This document shows positions 1-10,600 of a DNA stretch of 64,000 nt, in pieces. The translations under genes were made by a program, and so were the position numbers. Location: positions 10,818-74,817 of the forward strand of contig CALWPB010000004.1 of NCBI GenBank assembly GCA_944383315.1, written 5' to 3'. The stretch is from an uncultured Clostridia bacterium (GTDB lineage: Bacteria; Bacillota; Clostridia; Christensenellales; UBA1242). The notes beneath the pieces were generated by a model. That model saw only the letters and a list, made by a program, of their open reading frames with translations, had not been told where the DNA came from and did no database searches. How positions within the stretch are numbered: the first letter of the stretch is position 1; each line of letters opens with the position of its first letter.

Positions 1-73
1 TATACAATTTCTTTTAAAAAATATTTTAATAATAAAATTTAAAGCATATTTTTAAAAATAATTGTACATTAAT

Positions 74-102
74 ATTATATGCTCCAATTTGGAGCGTGTC
101 AA
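74..102 (-). promoter_or_regulatory. Consensus sigma-A promoter firing leftward out of the window, with a palindromic operator in its spacer
   Basis: Minus strand reads TTGACA-17 nt-TATAAT; the spacer holds GCTCCAA-T-TTGGAGC (81-95); divergent from the XRE gene at 136. Confidence 0.7.
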
Positions 103-135
103 TAAATTAAAGTGTATTTTCGGTAAAATTTTAAT

Positions 136-378
136 ATGTTAGGCGAACAAATAAAAAATTTGAGATTAAGTAATAATTGTCCACAAGCAAAATTGGCAAA
201 AATGTTAAATATTTCTCGACAAGCTATGGGACATTATGAATCGGGATATAATGACGTTCCTACTGACATTTTAAAAAAGATTTGTGTCATTTTTGATGTT
301 ACAGCAGATGAACTACTTGAGATAGAAACCTCAGAACAACGCGAAATAATATTAAAAGAAATAGAGCAAGAGCAATGA
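136..378 (+). CDS. XRE-family helix-turn-helix transcriptional regulator
   Basis: IKNLR...QAKLAKMLNISRQAMGHYESG...FDVTADELL matches the HTH_3 pattern. Confidence 0.85.
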   Translation: MLGEQIKNLRLSNNCPQAKLAKMLNISRQAMGHYESGYNDVPTDILKKICVIFDVTADELLEIETSEQREIILKEIEQEQ

Positions 379-551
379 TATTAAGTTTACTTTATATTTA
401 TTTTTTATGTACTACATAAATATATGCATCAATTTTGCAGTGATAATGTTTGTAAACTCACACTAAAATATGCTTGCTAACTCATTCTTAAATGAAAAAG
501 TTACCCACCCCATTCATTTCAATATTATAAATAATCAAAATAGGTATAAAT

Positions 552-580
552 AAAAAACAACCCTTTTGGGTTGTCTTTTT
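552..580. terminator. Bidirectional intrinsic terminator
   Basis: A-tract, ACAACCC-tttt-GGGTTGT hairpin, T-tract, between convergent genes. Confidence 0.65.
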
Positions 581-582
581 GA

Positions 583-792
583 TTAGTTGCAGCCGTAGTT
601 ACATCCGCAATCTTTCTTCTTAAAGCAGCAGCAGAAGAACAAGAGCAAAATTAGAATTGTACACCAGTCAAGACCGCAGTTGAATATTCCACAATTCATA
701 AGCACGTAAAGGATAACTAACCACGTCAAAACATCGCAACTTGAATTTTTTCCGGAACAGCCACAGCCATTGCCGAATAATTTGCTGAACAT
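583..792 (-). CDS. Small cysteine-rich membrane peptide (clostridial high-cysteine type)
   Basis: GGAGG RBS before ATG at 792; CGC and CCC motifs plus two hydrophobic stretches. Confidence 0.65.
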   Translation of the reverse strand: MFSKLFGNGCGCSGKNSSCDVLTWLVILYVLMNCGIFNCGLDWCTILILLLFFCCCFKKKDCGCNYGCN

Positions 793-924
793 CTTTTGGA
801 CCTCCAAATCTATTGTTTATTAAGGAATTTTGTCATTATGTAAATTCTTTCGTATTTTCTTGCTTTTGTACTTGTACACGATTTATCTCTACATTGTCAG
901 TATATAAAAGAGCGATTAAAAATG

Positions 925-1602
925 TTACAATTTTTTTGCCATTATTTCGCCGCTTGTTGTATCAATTACTATTGCTATGTCATCACCATCCGTATTTATA
1001 AATCTAACATACCAAAAATACACACCTAAATTTCTGTCGGTGCTAATAATTTTGCAATAGCCTTCTATAGACTTGTTACCGTTATCAGCAAGTGTCAAAA
1101 TATTTTCTCCAATATTTTCGGCTGCTATATTAAGTGCTGCTGAATTATTTATAGCGAAGTCGCACGAAATACACTCCATTTTACCGATTTCAGAAACTCC
1201 GTCTACTATTATATACACAAAAATTGAATCAGTATCAGAAATTTGGGTTCCTAAATCAGCGGCAAGACTACGGTCAAAAGGGCTTTGTTCAAATGTGCCG
1301 TTATAAGTTTTATCATTTATTTCTACTGTATATCCTAGTCCAAAAGTACTAACTTCACCAATAGGCACAACATTTAGCACACAAAAATCCACTAAATTTT
1401 CGCGTACACCGTTTGGCTCATAAGGTTCTTCACGGGTACCGCTCCACATAGATATTTTAAAATTTTGTGTTGAGCCAACAAAATAATGGTTGTGTAGTTC
1501 GGCAAGGTGATTTTTGGCTAATTCTTCAACCGATACTCCGCAACCACAAAAAGCGACAATCACAAAAACAGGCAAAATAGCAAAAAGAAAACGGAATTTC
1601 AT
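925..1602 (-). CDS. Hypothetical lipoprotein
   Basis: Signal peptide ending in the lipobox-like AFCGC; AAGGAG RBS. Confidence 0.7.
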   Translation of the reverse strand: MKFRFLFAILPVFVIVAFCGCGVSVEELAKNHLAELHNHYFVGSTQNFKISMWSGTREEPYEPNGVRENLVDFCVLNVVPIGEVSTFGLGYTVEINDKTYNGTFEQSPFDRSLAADLGTQISDTDSIFVYIIVDGVSEIGKMECISCDFAINNSAALNIAAENIGENILTLADNGNKSIEGYCKIISTDRNLGVYFWYVRFINTDGDDIAIVIDTTSGEIMAKKL

Positions 1603-1680
1603 ATTTTACACTCCTTTACACTATTATATTTAGTATAGAATATAAAATATTAAAAAAAGTTTGGCAAAATACCAAACTTT

Positions 1681-2112
1681 TTAGTTTTTTCGGTCGATTT
1701 GAGCCATTCGCTCGGAGTAGACTCCCCCTAGATGTTCTGTAGTTAGAAAAGTATGCAACATCTTTTTAGCAGAGCAACCGCAGGTACTACGACCAGCAAG
1801 CACGAGCACATTTGCGTCATTATGCTGGCGAGCAAGCCTAGCAGTTGAAATGTTTTTACACAATGCTGCACGTATTTTGGGATTACGATTTGCGGCAATG
1901 CTCATACCTATTCCTGTGCCACAAATCAGCACTCCTTTATTTTCAGGGCTTTCCGCTACTTTTTCAGTAAGCAATTTTGCATACTTGGGAAAGTCCACGC
2001 GTTCTGCGGAATATGTACCCAAATCATCATATTCGATATTATGTTTTTTCAAATATTTTGTTAGGGTTTCTTTCAATTTGAACCCTGCGTGGTCATTTGC
2101 GATATAGAGCAT
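1681..2112 (-). CDS. rpiB: Ribose-5-phosphate isomerase B
   Basis: DHAG, GVLICGTGIGMSIAAN and ARQHNDANVL motifs; start trimmed to the ATG after AGGTG. Confidence 0.93.
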   Translation of the reverse strand: MLYIANDHAGFKLKETLTKYLKKHNIEYDDLGTYSAERVDFPKYAKLLTEKVAESPENKGVLICGTGIGMSIAANRNPKIRAALCKNISTARLARQHNDANVLVLAGRSTCGCSAKKMLHTFLTTEHLGGVYSERMAQIDRKN

Positions 2113-2201
2113 ATTCACCTGCCTATAGTTTTTATACAATAATTATATGATAATTTTAAATTTTTATCAAACAAAAAACCGCTTATCTAGCGGCTTTTTG
2201 A

Positions 2202-5200
2202 TTATTTTTTAGGTTTCCCCTTTGCAGACTTTGCTTTACTCTTATTTTTTGAGTTTGAAGATTTTGATTTTGCAGCCGTTTTAGGTTTTGCTTTCGCGGT
2301 GGTTTGCGATTGCTCTATCTTTTCTGGCTTGTTAATCGAAATTTCTTCTGCTTCGTCATCAGTTTTAAGAGTTGGCTGTTGGTCTTCTGCTTTTTTAGGT
2401 CTGCCCATTAATTCACCCTTGTGATTTATAGGTGCTACTGTAATCTTACGAACAGGAATTGGAGAAACATTTGCCTTTGTATTCTTGCGTGTAGGAACTG
2501 GCTCAATAGCATTGCGGTAACGGTCTCGTTTTGCATCTTTCTGCAATGCGTCCTTGTCATCCTTGCTGTTAAGCAGTACGCGTACAGGCATTGGCTCAGA
2601 TTCTTTCATCTTGATGTATGCAGCTGAACCTGCAATTAAAATCACAGCGAACAACACACAACCAGCAAGAATTATCAAGATATTCCAGTCAAAGTTTTTC
2701 TTGAACAATGCACGTACTTCAACATTACCATTTAAATTAAGGCTCAATGTGTCTTCTGTACTAACAACTACGCCATTAATTACCCAGCCTACAAATGAGC
2801 AATTATTTTCGCTCACTGCTTGAAGTACAACATTTTCTTTGTATAATCCGCTTGTATTACCTATAATCTTACCATAGTTATCATTACTTGACACCAAAGT
2901 AATTTCAAAGACAGGTTCGAATACAGCAACAAAAGTGCGATCTTCCTTACCGATTTTGAATGAGTACTCAAGGTCAGAACTAATAACATTGCCATTTTCC
3001 TGCCAATTTACGAATCTATAACCAGCAAGCGCTTTTGCCGAAAGTGTTACTGTAGTGTCAACGACATATTCCCCACCACCAATAACTTCTCCAGCTAGTT
3101 TATCAGACATCTGCACGGTTACATTTGATACACGTTCGTAACTAGCATAAATTAGTACATCATCCTTTACTGTAATAGCGATTTCATTTTCAAGTGATAG
3201 TAATTCACCCTGTGGATTTGTTGATGGATTATTCAAGATATACCATCCCATAAAGCGATACCCTTCATTGCTTTGAGTAGTTAATGTAACAGAATCACCA
3301 AATTTATAGAGGTTAGAATTTAGCCCTTTAATTGTACCTGCACCTTCAATAATATCATAATTATTAGTGCTACTATTCCAACGTGCCACGTAAGCAGAGA
3401 CTCTGTAATCCACCAATTCAAACACGGCTTCAACAATCATAGTTTGGCCTGTTGCATAAATTGTGTAATTTGTGCTACTTGAAACTGGTACATTGTTAAC
3501 TTCCCAATGACTAAACACGAATTTATCTGAATAAATACCATTGCTTAAATATTCACTTGCTACACGTAAATTTATTTCGCTAGTATAATCGAAGTTTACA
3601 CTTTGGTTTTGCTCGGTTACAAAATTACCATTATAACTGAACCAATTACCATCGGTATCAACTCCCGAAGCAACAAACAAAACGTGTGTTTCTATTGGTG
3701 TAAAGTAAGCTATAAGTTGAATGTTTTCAACAATTCCAGTACACGTAAAAGTACCATTTTTGTTGTCGTAAGAACCATTTGTGAATTCCCTACTTAAATC
3801 CCATCTTGAGAACTGGAACACAGCAGGAATGTTGAAACTAATTTCAACTATATCACCGTAAGTGTATTCGCCTATACCTTTTATACAACTTTGTTCAATA
3901 GTATAAATTGAATTCTTGTCGTAATTTATGATTACAGATACTGCATACTTGATTTTTTCAAGTTGTATAGTAACTGTTGTGTCGGCTCTCAAATAAAGCA
4001 TACTACCGTTTGTATAAGTCTGCCCATCAGTTGAAGTAATTTCAGAGATTGTATATCCCGGTGCAAGTGTTATATTTAATGGGATAACCGTATTATAATT
4101 AAACTCATTTGTACCAATTAAGTTTATATCACCGTAGTTAATAGTTGCGCCATCTTCTGGTGTTACATTAATAGTCAAATTGAATGTCTTTATAGTAAAT
4201 ACTGGTACAATAGTAATATTATCAGTTAAACCATTAATTTTTAATGTTGCGCTTGCCAAATCAAAAGTAATTTGGCTATTACCTGTACTCCAATCAATCG
4301 GAGTTTCTGAGTCCCCGATATATACAAGCATATTTGTAAGTTCGTAGCCAGTACTTGGAGTCGCAACAATGGTTAAGTTTTCATCATAATAGAATCTATT
4401 ACCACTCGTTGGTGATGTTGTTGCTTCGGTAATTGAAGCACTACCATTAGTTACATTGTCAATCATAACCAAATAACTTTTTTTGTCAAAGTTTGCGGTT
4501 ATGTTTATATTGCCTTTATCTTGCACTGTAAAGAAATATTCTGGTTGTTCGATAGTACGTGTTTCACCATTGCCGAATTCAATCAACCAAGATACGAATT
4601 CATAATTCTCGTTTGCAACTACGGCATTTAATGAAAGTGTTTCGCCATATTGTGCTGTTTCACCGCTATTAATTGCACTTTCACCCACTGTTACTGTTAT
4701 GTTACCTATACCTGAATCTATACTATTGAAATTAACAGTATATGATTTAGCTTGAATATTTGCTAAAACGTTGATAGTTGTTGGAATTGCGTCTTCATTT
4801 GCTGCCATATATCCGTCAATATATGTCTTAACATTAAGGCTTGCATTTGCGCCATCTCCATTTATTGCACTGTAACTTGCAGACCAACTAGAAATCTCAT
4901 AACCTGTTACAGTAGCACCAGCGATTTCTACTATATCGTCGTATGTAACATTTATTTCGTCTTTGTATGCGAATACACTTTCGCCTACTGTGATAGTAGT
5001 GTTATCTGCGTCGATTCTATCTGAAGGAGTTGCTGCAATATTTAATAAATATGTTTTGTAATCAAATACAGCAATGATTTGTGAGTCGTAATTTGTAAAG
5101 ATTTGAGTACTTGGGTCGATAGCAACTCTTTCATTTACTTTTTCATCAGCGATTGAACTGCTTGGATACTTAATATTCCATTGTTCAAATTCGTATTTTT

Positions 5201-6704
5201 GTTGCATAGCAATATTTGACGAAATAATAACTGTAGAACCTTGTTCAAAGAAATATGAATTGTTGTATGTTACTAAATCAGGTGTACTTTGATATACAGA
5301 AGATGCTTGTTCTTCGGTCAAATCACCACCGTCAATATCTTGAGCGGCAAAATCAAACTTTATCAACTGAGGTACATTATATAATACTGGTAAGCCATTA
5401 TTTGCATTAAGTTGCATAACCCAAACTGTGTTAGTATTGCTGCCCCATTGGTCTGTCGGATATTGTGTTATTGAAAAACCATTAAGTGTACTATAAACTA
5501 ATGTACTACTTGTTAACATATCTTTATTATATCCTGTACCAGCATCTCTACTAAAGCTCAACTCTTGTGTCATAAATACATTTTTACTATAACGTGAAAA
5601 GTATGATTGAATAGCCGTTTTGTTACCTATAATGTAACCGATGTCAAGAGACTGATTAGATACATTTGTTTTACCAACTTTTACGGTACTAATAGTATTA
5701 TTAACTGCTGGTGCATTAACAGCCATTTCAACATAACCTACAATACCACCTACACCGCTTGCGTTTTCATTGCTAGAGTATACATCAAACTCAGTATTAT
5801 ATGAGTTTGTTGTCGAAGGAGCATTATAACAGTTGTAGATTACGGCACCATAATAAACAGCACCAGCAAGTCCACCTACGTAATTACCACCCTCAACATA
5901 CCCTGTATTGTAACAGTCTTGGATAATTACGGCAGCTTGAGCATCTGAGTATGTACGGTTTACCATTTGTCCGCCGCCGATACTTTCTTCTTCTTGTTTA
6001 GTTTGATATGTAGGAGTTACTACAGAGTCAATCGCACCATAAGCAGCACCAACAATAGCACCCGCATATTCTCTATTTGTTTTAATAACTGTATCCTTGA
6101 GTCCTAAACGTTGAATAACGGGCTTATATTCAACCTCCCCCTCTTTAACGTAAGATACATTACCAAATAAACCAGCATACATATCATCTACGTTTGAATC
6201 CTCTTCATCAATAATCGTCAAACCGTAAATTGAATAACCAGCACCGTTTAACGAACCAGAGAAAGGATTTTCAAAAGTTCCAATAGGTTCCCACAACGTC
6301 CATTGTGAAATGTCTATATGATTAGTTAATTGAAAGTATGCTTTTGAATAAGTCTTTTGCAAAGCCAATTCATCAGACTGACTTTCTGCATCAAACACTG
6401 TATTTACAAAATATGCTAAAGTACGCAAATCATCTGCATCACTTATTTTATAAGGGTTTGTAGCGGAATTTAGCGAGCCTGAAGTAACTAACTCAAAGTA
6501 CTCACCTGGACTTACTTCTGTTGGAGTAAATCCTTCAAGCGAACTTGCATAAACGGTTTCGCCATCGACAGCACTTACTTCCCCTTGTCTTGCGCTAATG
6601 CTAGGCATAAGCATTATTACTGCAACGATTATGCCCAAAAGCAGCAATAACGAACATTGCATTACTGGCTTTATATTTAGCTTAAAGAATTTACTTAAAC
6701 TCAT
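2202..6704 (-). CDS. Large surface protein with GLUG-type beta-repeat region, many InlB-B/Flg_new-like repeats, a C-terminal TM anchor and a basic cytoplasmic tail
   Basis: N-terminal hydrophobic segment; WEPIG..FSGSLNGAGYSIYGL and NYVGGLAG motifs; repeated GY.F..W units; ILIILAGCVLFAVILIAG TM. Confidence 0.75.
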   Translation of the reverse strand: MSLSKFFKLNIKPVMQCSLLLLLGIIVAVIMLMPSISARQGEVSAVDGETVYASSLEGFTPTEVSPGEYFELVTSGSLNSATNPYKISDADDLRTLAYFVNTVFDAESQSDELALQKTYSKAYFQLTNHIDISQWTLWEPIGTFENPFSGSLNGAGYSIYGLTIIDEEDSNVDDMYAGLFGNVSYVKEGEVEYKPVIQRLGLKDTVIKTNREYAGAIVGAAYGAIDSVVTPTYQTKQEEESIGGGQMVNRTYSDAQAAVIIQDCYNTGYVEGGNYVGGLAGAVYYGAVIYNCYNAPSTTNSYNTEFDVYSSNENASGVGGIVGYVEMAVNAPAVNNTISTVKVGKTNVSNQSLDIGYIIGNKTAIQSYFSRYSKNVFMTQELSFSRDAGTGYNKDMLTSSTLVYSTLNGFSITQYPTDQWGSNTNTVWVMQLNANNGLPVLYNVPQLIKFDFAAQDIDGGDLTEEQASSVYQSTPDLVTYNNSYFFEQGSTVIISSNIAMQQKYEFEQWNIKYPSSSIADEKVNERVAIDPSTQIFTNYDSQIIAVFDYKTYLLNIAATPSDRIDADNTTITVGESVFAYKDEINVTYDDIVEIAGATVTGYEISSWSASYSAINGDGANASLNVKTYIDGYMAANEDAIPTTINVLANIQAKSYTVNFNSIDSGIGNITVTVGESAINSGETAQYGETLSLNAVVANENYEFVSWLIEFGNGETRTIEQPEYFFTVQDKGNINITANFDKKSYLVMIDNVTNGSASITEATTSPTSGNRFYYDENLTIVATPSTGYELTNMLVYIGDSETPIDWSTGNSQITFDLASATLKINGLTDNITIVPVFTIKTFNLTINVTPEDGATINYGDINLIGTNEFNYNTVIPLNITLAPGYTISEITSTDGQTYTNGSMLYLRADTTVTIQLEKIKYAVSVIINYDKNSIYTIEQSCIKGIGEYTYGDIVEISFNIPAVFQFSRWDLSREFTNGSYDNKNGTFTCTGIVENIQLIAYFTPIETHVLFVASGVDTDGNWFSYNGNFVTEQNQSVNFDYTSEINLRVASEYLSNGIYSDKFVFSHWEVNNVPVSSSTNYTIYATGQTMIVEAVFELVDYRVSAYVARWNSSTNNYDIIEGAGTIKGLNSNLYKFGDSVTLTTQSNEGYRFMGWYILNNPSTNPQGELLSLENEIAITVKDDVLIYASYERVSNVTVQMSDKLAGEVIGGGEYVVDTTVTLSAKALAGYRFVNWQENGNVISSDLEYSFKIGKEDRTFVAVFEPVFEITLVSSNDNYGKIIGNTSGLYKENVVLQAVSENNCSFVGWVINGVVVSTEDTLSLNLNGNVEVRALFKKNFDWNILIILAGCVLFAVILIAGSAAYIKMKESEPMPVRVLLNSKDDKDALQKDAKRDRYRNAIEPVPTRKNTKANVSPIPVRKITVAPINHKGELMGRPKKAEDQQPTLKTDDEAEEISINKPEKIEQSQTTAKAKPKTAAKSKSSNSKNKSKAKSAKGKPKK

Positions 6705-6744
6705 ATTTTCCTCCAAGTGATAAGTTGCCCTAACCTATCACCCT

Positions 6745-7659
6745 TTATTTTTTTATAGGGAATTTTATCTCCAAATCTGAATTCTGTACATAACCTAGGT
6801 ATTCAGGCGCAAAGCGCTTGCCATCAATTTTAAATCCATCACCGTGGAAATCTGAACCACCTGTTTTTATCAAATGTTGTTCATCGCAATAATTAGACAA
6901 CCATTGGCACTCTGCAAGACTAAATTTCTTGTGAATACATTCAAAACCGTCCAAAATATCAAGTGCAGTCAAATCTTTAACTAATTTTTTAGGATTAGGT
7001 TCACCATATACCTTAAACGCGTGTGCAAAAATAGCATATCCCCCAGCCTCGTGGATACGTTCACAAACCTCTTGAATAGTTGGGGTATCCTTGATTAACT
7101 CGTAGCAATGGAATATTGCTCCTGGCTTTGCCACGTGGTCGCGATAGAAATTATCAGTCTTACCAATACCATATTTTAAATATAGTTTTTGGTTCTCTGG
7201 ATAATTTGCTAAATCGTGAAAGAATGTCTTGTGTGCCGTGCGATAAATAGGGTCAAACTGCAAACCCTCTGTAAACTTAAAGCCAAGCCTTGCTCCTATC
7301 TCTTTTAGCGATTCCAATCTTTTTTCTTCAAGCATAAATTGATAGTCATAATTAAGTACTGGAAATTTTGCCAAAGTATCAAGGTCAAAGTCATATGCCA
7401 ATACTTCATACTTTCGCCCATTATATGTAACAGCAATTTCACAGCCGTTAACTATACGGCCACAAAACCCACCGTTACTTTTCATCTCGCGTATTTCAAA
7501 ATTTGCCTCCAAGTTGTCGTGGTCTGTAAATGCCATTACATCAAGCCCACGATTTTCAGCAAAACGCAAAAGTTCAGGTACGGAATACATACCGTCTGAA
7601 TATTGCGTGTGAATGTGCATATCAATCAACTGTCCATTTCTAAATAATTTATTGAACAC
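6745..7659 (-). CDS. PHP-domain phosphoesterase
   Basis: DMHIHTQYSDG, FTDHD, AHAF and TGGSDFHG motifs; probable GTG start after AAGGGAG. Confidence 0.88.
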   Translation of the reverse strand: MFNKLFRNGQLIDMHIHTQYSDGMYSVPELLRFAENRGLDVMAFTDHDNLEANFEIREMKSNGGFCGRIVNGCEIAVTYNGRKYEVLAYDFDLDTLAKFPVLNYDYQFMLEEKRLESLKEIGARLGFKFTEGLQFDPIYRTAHKTFFHDLANYPENQKLYLKYGIGKTDNFYRDHVAKPGAIFHCYELIKDTPTIQEVCERIHEAGGYAIFAHAFKVYGEPNPKKLVKDLTALDILDGFECIHKKFSLAECQWLSNYCDEQHLIKTGGSDFHGDGFKIDGKRFAPEYLGYVQNSDLEIKFPIKK

Positions 7660-7678
7660 GTTTTTTCTCCCTTTTTTA

Positions 7679-10600
7679 TTAGATAGTACCTGAACCGAAT
7701 ACACTGTCTGTACCGTTTAAGATTTTAGTAACTTCGACAACCACTGAAGCTGCCTGACCATCTTGAATAGCTATTTGATAACTATCCTCTCCTGTAACAC
7801 CATCACCACTAACTTCTGTCTGGATGAAGATTGCAACAGATACATAGATATCATAGTTAGCTACTTGACAATCAACCGTTACATTTCCACCAGCAGGAAT
7901 TACCATAACAATTCTGTCATTAGGGTCATCTTTATTTACAAGTACTACCAAAGATGCTGAGTCGCCGCCAGCAATAGAATCAGTAAATGAAACATTCAAT
8001 GCTTGCAATAAGCGATATACAAACACAACTTGTATATTGTCGTATTCATCGTTTAATTCGTACTGGAATTCTGTTGTTGGCTCATAAGTTTTAACAACAC
8101 TACCACCACTCATTACAACAATACTATTTAATACTGCTTTTCTTGCCAAACTGTCAATACTTACATCAAATGTAGTCTGATAACCAGTAATTGTCAATGA
8201 ATTTGAATATTTAGCATTAATTGCACTTACATAAGCCTGCGCAGGAGCATTATTTATACTGTACTGATATGCGTTTTTATAACCAGCCCCAACACTTAAA
8301 TTTGGTATGTCTGCACTAATTTCTGTATTTAAGTTATCACCAATAGTAATCGTGTAAGGACGTTGAGTATAATTAATAGTAATAGTTGCATTTTCAGTCA
8401 ATGTAAATGTAATACTACCGCTATTGTTCCATTGACCTTTTGCAGGTGTATAACTCGGAGTACCTGTAGGTCCACTTATTGTAATACTATCTACTCTGTA
8501 ACCTATGTTACCTGATGTAGCGGTTAATGTAATTTGGTCATTAAGGATATAATCACTATCCGCTTTACCATTTGTTACTCCAGTAGCAGTTATTGAGTAT
8601 TTACCAAGAGGTGTTTGCGCACCATCCAAATTCTCAATTACTGTAATAGAACGAGTAATAGTTATAAAGTTTACAGTTACTGTAATTGCTTGATTATTCT
8701 TTGCTGGTATAACACCTGCTTTTTTATACAAAGAACGCAAAGTTGATACTGTACTATCGAAAATTGTTTGAGGACCTTGTGTACCTTGGTAAATGCCACT
8801 AGGTTGATATGCAACAATGTTATTATAGGTCTGACCACCAATAGTTGCATTTACATTGTTTAAGAAATATTTCATATATTCTGCATCACTAACTGATACT
8901 GTGTAATCAGAAAGAGCAGCATCTAAGGTTAAGCCTGAAACTGACTGATTTGGGAATGTGAATATACTTGAATCAGTTGGAGCAACACCATCAACAGTAA
9001 CATTAAATGCAAGTGAATATGTATTCATAACTGAATATACAACGTCGTAAGCAGCACTAGCCTCAGTAAAGTCAGCAACAAAAGTACCGTGATAAACACC
9101 AGTTGACGGGTCTGCTGGCAGAGCAATACCATCCTCACCCTTAATAGTGTTTAATTCATAATCATAACCGTTTGCATAATCAGGTTTTACATATACGTGT
9201 ACAGTTGATGCATAAGACACTTGTATAGAAAGATTGTCAGCATTGATGGTACTTGTATCAAGTATTTCTGTTGAACTCAAGAATACAATACCTGGTGCAG
9301 AATTTGCTGTAGCATCTAAATATTCAGTAATGCTAATAGTCTTTTGGTCGTATTCAAAGGTTGCAGTAAATCTTAATGTAGTAACATCATCACCCATAAC
9401 TGTTGCGGTATTACCTAAAGAAGCCAATAAACTATAAGTTTCTGATTCAGTCGTTATTGTAGGATTTACTATAGTACCTACCAAACTACCGTCAGCATTT
9501 GAAAGTGTCCAATCTTTAAATTTTAACAAGCCAGTGATTGCAGAAGAGTTGGTTATACTTACATTTACACTTGAGTTGTTGAATAAAATATTTTTACTAT
9601 CACCAGGCTTTGCTGTAGAAACTGTTACACCAGCACCACTTACGTCAGTAAACGCAACTTGACCTACCGGCATAGTGCCTGAGTAACCTGACGGAGGAGT
9701 AACTACTGCTGTAACTTGATATACCCTATCAAATACAGGTCTAAACCAGAAAGTATCACCGCCACTAAACTTGTTGTACTCATCATTTATTGTAATTGTG
9801 TAAGTCCAACCAGTAGTACTGTCACCGGTAAGGCCATAGAATGCATCACCAGCACCAAAATTTGGTACATTAGTATTTACAGCACCATTTTGAGTACCAA
9901 CTAACAAACTGTTATAAGAACGTTGAGCATCCGCACCAATATTTATAGTAAGAACTGTACCTTCGGTATACCATACACCGCTTGCATTTTCTGTTAAATC
10001 TTCATTTAATGGTGTAGTAGATGCTGAGTAACTAAATGTACTACCACCTGCATATGCGCTTGTAAAACCATTAAACATAGGGTCAATATTAAAGTTATAC
10101 AAACGAACAAATTTTGCTTCCAAATTGTAGTAATCGTCTATCCCATTAGGAAAAGCATAAGTAAATGGATAATAACCACCTGCTAATGCGCCTTTTGTAG
10201 TGTCGGCTGCTAATTTAAACTCGCGCTCTGAACCTTCAATTTTATTGCCTGCTGCATCAACATCATAGTGATACCAACCAACAAACTGATAATGCTTTCC
10301 AACAGAAGAAGCGGCACTTGCTGTAATGGTAACAGGAGTATTAATTGTAGCAGTGGTTACCGTGCTTGACACGGTACAATCAGGAGTGTTTGATGTTAAG
10401 TTGATTGTGGCTTCTTTCATAAAGCAGTAAAGCATAGGCAAACGGTCGTTGACCACATTAGACATAAACCAAACACCACTTGCATTTGCTGGTCTAAATG
10501 CCCAATTTGGATATGTAGTAGCAACAGCATTTTTATCTCTTAAAGTTTCGTAAGAGGTAATTGGAGTACCAATATTATTGTTTGTAGAATTGTAGTAAAT

